Source: Candidatus Electronema aureum (GTDB lineage: Bacteria > Desulfobacterota > Desulfobulbia > Desulfobulbales > Desulfobulbaceae). From it: a stretch of 15,146 nucleotides of DNA. The notes under the pieces were generated by a model that saw nothing but the letters and a program-made list of their open reading frames with translations, was not told the DNA's origin and searched no databases. Both the position numbers and the translations under genes were made by a program. The stretch is taken from positions 1 to 15,146 of the forward strand of contig NQJD01000047.1 of the NCBI GenBank assembly GCA_004284765.1, read 5' to 3'. Numbering within the stretch: the stretch's first letter is position 1; each line of letters opens with the position of its first letter. Below are positions 6,332 through 11,027 of the stretch, one piece after another.

Positions 6332-7301
6332 AATATCAACTGCCGTCGCCCTAACTCACTGGCCCAGCTATGTGCAGCCGCAGCTTAACGAAACTTTAGC
6401 GCAAGTACTCGGCGCAATTGAACTAGCCAGCCTACGTTCCGCCGATGTCCTCCTCAAGCCAAACCTGATTGCCGCCAAGAACAGCCTGCTTTCCTGCACC
6501 GAAGGAGCTTTTATTCTCGCTGTCGCCCGCTGGTTGCTGGAACGCGGGGCACGGGTCAGCATCGGTGATTCTCCAGCCTTTGGCACCGCAGCGATGGTGC
6601 TGCGGTCGATAGGCATCACTGAAGAGCTGGTTGCCCTCGGTGTACAGATCAAGAATTTCAACCAAGGCCGAAAGGTACGGTTGCCGGGCGGCAGCAGTGC
6701 CGTGCTGGCAGAAGAGGCTTTAGACTGCGACCTTTTGGTGAATCTCAGAGTCAAGGCTCACGCTCAGGCTCGCCTAACCTTGGCGGTAAAAAACTACTTT
6801 GGCTGCCTGATTGGACTGCGTAAACCTTGGTGGCACATGCAGCACGGCGGTGAACAAGGCAAGTTCTTTGAACGTGTTGTGCAGCTCCCTTTAGTTTTGC
6901 CGCCTTCGCTTTCCTTGCTTGATGGTATCACCGCCATGCACCAAAGCGGCCCGATCTGGGGCCAGCCTTATCCACTCGCGCTGGTCGCCGCATCGATGAA
7001 TCCCGTGGCAATAGACACTGTCCTGCATGTCATTCTCGGTGTTAGCCCGGAACAAAGCCCGCTCATGGCTGCCTGTCGTCGAGCGGGCCTGAACGGGGCT
7101 GAGTTGCCGCAGCTGTCCTTCCCTCTGATGCGACCAGAGGATTTTTCAGTCAGCGGCTTTATCGTGCCGGAAACCTTGAATCCCGTTCGCTTCAGTCTCT
7201 TCCGCTTTTTCAAGAGCACGGTGCGCAGGATTTTGGTTCAAAAACAGAACACCCAACATTCTCCCCCCTCAGCCCTGCCAGAACAACGACATCGCCCTTA
7301 A
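6312..7301 (+). CDS. DUF362 domain-containing protein
   Basis: The pattern VLLKPNL...SIGDSP...VKAH...LAVKNYFG...LLDGITAM..GP..G....VAASMNPVAIDTV matches DUF362. The only in-frame start after the upstream stop (6303-6305) is TTG 6312. The last 11 codons or so (7269-7301) run antisense across a nifS-like remnant and are probably not native. Confidence 0.8.
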   Translation: MKECGNKISTAVALTHWPSYVQPQLNETLAQVLGAIELASLRSADVLLKPNLIAAKNSLLSCTEGAFILAVARWLLERGARVSIGDSPAFGTAAMVLRSIGITEELVALGVQIKNFNQGRKVRLPGGSSAVLAEEALDCDLLVNLRVKAHAQARLTLAVKNYFGCLIGLRKPWWHMQHGGEQGKFFERVVQLPLVLPPSLSLLDGITAMHQSGPIWGQPYPLALVAASMNPVAIDTVLHVILGVSPEQSPLMAACRRAGLNGAELPQLSFPLMRPEDFSVSGFIVPETLNPVRFSLFRFFKSTVRRILVQKQNTQHSPPSALPEQRHRP

Positions 7302-7335
7302 CCCAGCAATGATCTCTGGCATCTTAGCCAAGGAT
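7269..7335 (-). pseudogene. Remnant of the 3' end of a second nifS-like cysteine desulfurase gene (last 20 codons plus stop)
   Basis: The minus strand translates as LAKMPEIIAGLRAMSLFWQG*, against LAKMPEIIANLRAMSPFWQG* at the end of the intact nifS (8614-8676). By hand alignment 47 of 63 nt are identical. Immediately upstream in the same frame are TAG and TGA stops. Confidence 0.75.
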
Positions 7336-7472
7336 CACTACCGGCCTGACTTCAGCAGGCGGATACCAGTGTTTTTCGTTGACAGACCCTTGACAACGCG
7401 GTTAAAGAGGAGTGCTAGATATTCCTGATATGGGCGAAAAGTCAAGTTGCTGGGCGGGAGGAGCGGGCGAAG

Positions 7473-8567
7473 ATGGCTGATGAGAAAAAATCGTTTGGGG
7501 AGATATTTGCCATCGTTGTCACGGCAATAGCTGCTGTTCTTGGTGGCCTCAGCGGTGTTGCCGCCTTGATTGTAGCGCTGAATGGCGACGGCAAGGAAGG
7601 CGCAGCGAAACCAGAGACAGCTTCGTCAGCTCAAGCTGCTTCGGCAGCGCAGCCGTCGTCCGTGCCTCCCGCCAATGATGAGGCGGCGCGGCGGGCTAAA
7701 GCGGAAGCCGAGGCTGCTAAGGCTGAAGCGGAACAGGCGAAAACGGAGGCAGCAGAAGCAAAAGCGCAGGCCGCTGAACTGGAGCGGAAGCTGGCTGAGA
7801 TAGCCTCTGCTGAGATGAAAGCCGAAGAAGAGGCTGCGACGAGAAAACAGGGAGATATAACAGTTGACGACTTCACCGGCATGAAGCTGGCCTACGTGCC
7901 GGGCGGCTGCTTCAACATGGGGTCGCCGCCGAATGAAGAAGGCCGTGGTGAAGACGAAGGTCCGGTGCATAAGGTCTGCGTGGACAGCTTCTGGATGGGG
8001 CAGTTTGAAGTCACACAAGGGCAATGGGAGAAGATCATGGGCGCGAATCCCTCCAAGTTCAAGAAGGGCGGCAATTATCCAGTGGAGAATGTCTCTTGGA
8101 ACGACGCGCAGGGCTTCGTCAAGAAGCTGAACAGCCGCACTGGCAAAAACTACCGCTTGCCTACTGAGGCGGAATGGGAATACGCCTGCCGGGCTGATGG
8201 TTCAGGTAAATACTGCGGCGGCGATGAGATAGACGCAGTAGCTTGGCACGCAAAAAACAGCGGTAAGGCCACTCATGTGGCGGGAGGAAAAGAGGCCAAC
8301 GCCTTGGGTCTCCATGACATGAGCGGCAATGTCTATGAGTGGTGCGCCGACTGGTATGACAGTGGCTATTATGCCTCCAGCCCCAAGGACAATCCGCAGG
8401 GGCCTGAAACTGCTTCATTCGAGCCTGAAACTGCCTCGTTTCGTGTGTTTCGCGGCGGCGACTGGAGGGGCTTGCATGGACGAGCGGCAGGTCGCGGCGG
8501 AAGCACACCAGAATTCCGTTCCGATTTCTTAGGCTTCCGCCTCGCCCTCCCCGTCCAGCAGCAGTAG
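7473..8567 (+). CDS. Formylglycine-generating enzyme (FGE/SUMF1/EgtB/PvdO) family domain protein with an N-terminal TM anchor and an Ala/Glu-rich coiled coil
   Basis: The TM helix is IFAIVVTAIAAVLGGLSGVAALIVAL, followed by an AEAEAAKAEAEQAKTEAAEAKAQAAELERKLAE coiled-coil region. FGE-sulfatase motifs follow: MKLAYVPGGCFNMGS, FWMGQFEVTQGQW, VSWNDAQGF, YRLPTEAEWEYA, GLHDMSGNVYEWCADWY, RVFRGGDW, GFRLA. GGGAGGAG lies 9 nt upstream of the ATG. Confidence 0.9.
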   Translation: MADEKKSFGEIFAIVVTAIAAVLGGLSGVAALIVALNGDGKEGAAKPETASSAQAASAAQPSSVPPANDEAARRAKAEAEAAKAEAEQAKTEAAEAKAQAAELERKLAEIASAEMKAEEEAATRKQGDITVDDFTGMKLAYVPGGCFNMGSPPNEEGRGEDEGPVHKVCVDSFWMGQFEVTQGQWEKIMGANPSKFKKGGNYPVENVSWNDAQGFVKKLNSRTGKNYRLPTEAEWEYACRADGSGKYCGGDEIDAVAWHAKNSGKATHVAGGKEANALGLHDMSGNVYEWCADWYDSGYYASSPKDNPQGPETASFEPETASFRVFRGGDWRGLHGRAAGRGGSTPEFRSDFLGFRLALPVQQQ

Positions 8568-8590
8568 GGACACGGCATGCCGTGTCCCTA
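8565..8590. terminator. 26-nt perfect palindrome between the convergent FGE and nifS genes (possible bidirectional terminator hairpin)
   Basis: TAGGGACACGGCA|TGCCGTGTCCCTA begins inside the FGE stop codon and ends 24 nt from the nifS stop. The stem is GC-rich (about 11 bp with a 4-nt loop), but there is no flanking U-tract on either strand. Confidence 0.45.
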
Positions 8591-8613
8591 CATGGGGCAA
8601 CGGTTGACCGCAA

Positions 8614-9792
8614 TCACCCCTGCCAAAACGGCGACATCGCCCGCAGGTTGGCAATAATCTCCGGCATCTTCGCTAGCACGAAGTCCACTTCCTCCTCAGT
8701 ATTGTAAATAGAGAGGCTGAAGCGGATCGAGCCATGCGCGGCAGTGAAGGGCACGCCCATTGCCCGCAGGACATGCGACGGCTCCAGCGAGCCGGAGGTG
8801 CAGGCCGAGCCGGACGAGGCGCAGATATTGTGCCGGTTCATGTGCAGGAGGATGGCCTCTCCTTCCACGTACTCAAAGCTGATGTTACTGGTGTTGGGCA
8901 GGCGCAGCTCGGCGTGGCCGTTAAGGATCGCCTTGGGAATGGAGCTGAGCAGCCCGTGCTCCAGCTTGTCGCGTAACGCCCGCACCCGCGTGTTCTCCTC
9001 AGCCATCATCTTGCCTGCCAACTCGCAGGCTTTGCCAAGACCAACAATTGAGGCCACGTTCTCGGTGCCGCCGCGCCGTCCTTTCTCCTGATGCCCGCCG
9101 TGGAGGAAGGTGACAAAGGGGGTCTTCTTGCGCACATAAAGCACGCCGATGCCCTTGGGCGCGTGCAGCTTGTGGCCGGAGAGCGAGAGAAAGTCAATCT
9201 GGTTCTTCTTCATGTTGATCGGCACCTTGCCCACGGCCTGCACTGCGTCGCTGTGGAAGAGAATGCCGCGCTCCTTGGCCATCGCCGCCATCTCCTCCAC
9301 CGGGAAGAGCACGCCGGTCTCGTTGTTCGCCCACATCGCTGAGACCACGGCAGTGTCATCAGCAAGAGCCGCTTTGTAGCTGTCGAGATTGAGGGTGCCG
9401 TCCGCTGCCACACCCAGCCGGGTGATGCGGTGCTGCTGGCCGGTGAGCTTGTCCAAGTTCTCGCAGAGGTTCTTCACTGCCGGATGCTCGACCTTGGTCT
9501 TGATCACGTGCCGCTTGTCCGGGTAGGTCTGCAATGCGGAGAGAATCGCTGTGGAGTCGCTCTCGGTGCCGCAGCTGGTGAAGATGATCTCGCTTGGCTC
9601 CGCGCCGAGCAGCTCAGCCACCTGCGCGCGGGCTGTCTCAACGGCCCTGCCAACCTGGCCGCCAAAGGTGTGCATGGAGGAGGGATTGCCGTAATACTCT
9701 GTCAGATAAGGCTGCATCGCCTCCAGCACTTCCGGGGCTATCCGGGTGGTGGCGTTGTTGTCCATATAGACGACCTTGCCGTTGCTCATCAT
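8614..9792 (-). CDS. nifS: Cysteine desulfurase NifS (class I, PLP-dependent)
   Basis: 392 aa. The N-terminus is VYMDNNATT. The PLP-lysine motif SLSGHKLHAPKG and the active-site Cys loop SSGSACTSG are present. The start overlaps the nifU stop (ATGA, 9789-9792). Confidence 0.93.
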   Translation of the reverse strand: MMSNGKVVYMDNNATTRIAPEVLEAMQPYLTEYYGNPSSMHTFGGQVGRAVETARAQVAELLGAEPSEIIFTSCGTESDSTAILSALQTYPDKRHVIKTKVEHPAVKNLCENLDKLTGQQHRITRLGVAADGTLNLDSYKAALADDTAVVSAMWANNETGVLFPVEEMAAMAKERGILFHSDAVQAVGKVPINMKKNQIDFLSLSGHKLHAPKGIGVLYVRKKTPFVTFLHGGHQEKGRRGGTENVASIVGLGKACELAGKMMAEENTRVRALRDKLEHGLLSSIPKAILNGHAELRLPNTSNISFEYVEGEAILLHMNRHNICASSGSACTSGSLEPSHVLRAMGVPFTAAHGSIRFSLSIYNTEEEVDFVLAKMPEIIANLRAMSPFWQG

Positions 9793-10625
9793 CGTGCCTC
9801 CTCAACAATCAGCGTCTCCGCCACCTGTTCCCGCAGTTTCTTCTCCACATAATCCTTGAGGGTAGTGAGCGAGGACTGGCAGCGCGAGCAGGCTCCGCGC
9901 AGGGAGACAGTGACGATGTCGCCGTCCACATCTATCAGCTCAATGCCGCCGCCGTCCTTCTTCAGAGTTGGCAGTATCTCCCGCTCGATCACGTCTTCAA
10001 TCTTCTTGATCTTCTGCAAGGTGGTCAGCCGCTGCGTTTTGGGCTGCGAAGCCTTCTCCGTTGCCATTGCCTGCACCGTCTGCTGGAGGATTTCACGCAG
10101 CTTGTCCTCACACTTGCCGCAGCCGCCGCCCGCCTTAGTAAAGTTGGTGATGTCCTCCACCGAACGCAGGTTGGATTCACGAATTGCGCGGATGATCTCC
10201 AGATCCGTCACGCCAAAACATTCGCAGACTACATTGCCCTGTGCCATCGGCAGGATCACGCCGCGATAATCGGCAATCGCTGCCTCCAACGCCTCTCTGC
10301 CCATGACCGAGCAGTGCATCTTCTCTTTCGGCAGACCGCCGAGCGCGTCGGCAATCTGCTGATTAGTGAGCTTGGCCGCGTCCTCGATGGACATGCCCTT
10401 GATGATCTCCGTCAGCACGGACGACGAGGCAATGGCCGAAGCGCAGCCAAAGGTCTTGAATTTCGCATCGGTGATGATGCCCAGCTCATCCACCTGAATG
10501 GTCAGCTTGAGCGCGTCGCCGCAGGCTAGCGAGCCAACCTCGCCGGTGCCGCTCGGCTTGTCTAATTCGCCCACGTTCTTCGGGTTGATGAAATGCTCCT
10601 GCACCTTGTCCGTATATTCCCACAT
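9789..10625 (-). CDS. nifU: Fe-S cluster assembly scaffold NifU (three-domain: IscU-like, central 2Fe-2S, C-terminal Nfu)
   Basis: MWEYTDKVQEHFINPKNVG...LACGDALKL...FGCASAIASS...MHCS forms the IscU-like domain. The central Cys cluster is CECFGV...GGGCGKC and the C-terminal motif is GACSRCQSS. The ORF opens at 10685, but ATG 10625 matches the canonical NifU N-terminus. Confidence 0.92.
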   Translation of the reverse strand: MWEYTDKVQEHFINPKNVGELDKPSGTGEVGSLACGDALKLTIQVDELGIITDAKFKTFGCASAIASSSVLTEIIKGMSIEDAAKLTNQQIADALGGLPKEKMHCSVMGREALEAAIADYRGVILPMAQGNVVCECFGVTDLEIIRAIRESNLRSVEDITNFTKAGGGCGKCEDKLREILQQTVQAMATEKASQPKTQRLTTLQKIKKIEDVIEREILPTLKKDGGGIELIDVDGDIVTVSLRGACSRCQSSLTTLKDYVEKKLREQVAETLIVEEAR

Positions 10626-10699
10626 GATATCTGTCCTTGTTCTTGTATGATTAAGCCGCCTTGCGCAGCGAACTCTTCCCAACACTCCCTGTCTGTTTC

Positions 10700-10814
10700 T
10701 TCGGCTCCTGCTCTGCTCATCCGTATGAGCCTGCTCATACGCTCCGTGTCAGCATGCTGACACACTCGGAGTCAGCCTGCTCATACCGGCTGCCGCAGCA
10801 TGTTCAGCGCGCAA
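10700..10814. repeat. Phased array of about 4-5 degenerate 23-bp units, each carrying an 18-bp dyad (consensus roughly GTrTsAGC-NN-GCTsAyAC)
   Basis: The units start at 10723 (GTATGAGCctGCTCATAC, 8-2-8 perfect), 10746 (GTGTCAGCATGCTGACAC, 18-bp perfect palindrome), 10769 (GAGTCAGCctGCTCATAC) and 10792 (GCCGCAGCatGTTCAGCG, degenerate). A weak unit lies at 10700. The spacing between starts is exactly 23 bp. Confidence 0.7.
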
Positions 10815-10913
10815 AGAGCAGGTGGGGCCGAAATGACACTGCAATCTGGCGCAGCCTGCGCGGCCAGCAGCGGCAAGATTACCCCAAAACAGCGGCTCCT
10901 GCACGGGTTAAGG

Positions 10914-10942
10914 TTGACAGGAGGGCAATTTTTTAGCATAGT
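10914..10942 (+). promoter_or_regulatory. Candidate sigma70 promoter for ppsA (TTGACA-17-CATAGT)
   Basis: A perfect -35 at 10914-10919, a 17-nt spacer, and a -10 CATAGT at 10937-10942 (4/6, including A2 and T6). It lies about 85 nt upstream of ATG 11028. Confidence 0.4.
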
Positions 10943-11027
10943 CTTTACTGAGGAGTAAAAGCCGCCCGGCATCTGGCCGGACGAATGAATTCTACTTGCA
11001 AATCGCGGGTTCAGGGAGACTGACAAT

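Noticed and set aside
5029-6344. 7-bp direct repeat AACTGCC at both edges of the AT-rich NERD cassette, considered as a target-site duplication
   Set aside because: It is not rejected outright, but I will not call it. No terminal inverted repeats or recombinase are present, and a single 7-mer match between two short windows is well within chance. Removing the segment does not restore an obvious ATG start for DUF362.
7379-7395. Tandem TTGACA hexamers (7379-7384, 7390-7395) upstream of the FGE gene as a promoter
   Set aside because: I found no acceptable -10 hexamer at 16-18 nt from either copy. The nearest, TAGATA, is 20 nt away. This is not enough to call a promoter.
7660-7850. Apparent nucleotide-level repetitiveness (gcggaagc / gaggctgc / gcagaagc units)
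   Set aside because: This is the coding image of the Ala/Glu/Lys coiled-coil segment of the FGE protein, not a non-coding tandem repeat or a CRISPR-like array.
7582-8613. Multiple ORFs overlapping the FGE gene on both strands (for example 7626-8024, 8161-8613)
   Set aside because: They are shadow ORFs. The Ala/Glu-coding GC-rich repeat region keeps alternative frames open, and the FGE frame alone shows domain motifs.
9594-10529. 311-aa plus-strand ORF and several 60-140-aa ORFs (8734-9852, 9856-10269) across nifS and nifU
   Set aside because: They are antisense shadows of the clearly identified nifS and nifU genes. Their translations are rich in Arg, Ala and Leu with no recognisable motifs or SD sequences.
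10747-10762. TGT-N10-ACA (TGTcagcatgctgACA) matches the NifA upstream activator sequence pattern, suggesting a sigma54/NifA-dependent nifUS promoter
   Set aside because: I searched the minus strand between this site and the nifU start for a GG-N10-GC (-24/-12) core. The best candidate (TGGGAAGAGTTCGCT, 10681-10667) has the wrong spacing by one nucleotide and a poor -12 element. TGT-N10-ACA alone carries little information. The site is kept only as part of the generic dyad array.
10700-10814. Possible CRISPR array
   Set aside because: The units are contiguous 23-bp degenerate repeats with no unique spacers. The array is too short, and no cas genes are in the window.
10562-10936. ORFs 10562-10765 (-) and 10661-10936 (+) in the nifU/ppsA intergenic region
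   Set aside because: They have no SD and improbable compositions. They span the repeat array and the promoter region and are more plausibly non-coding.
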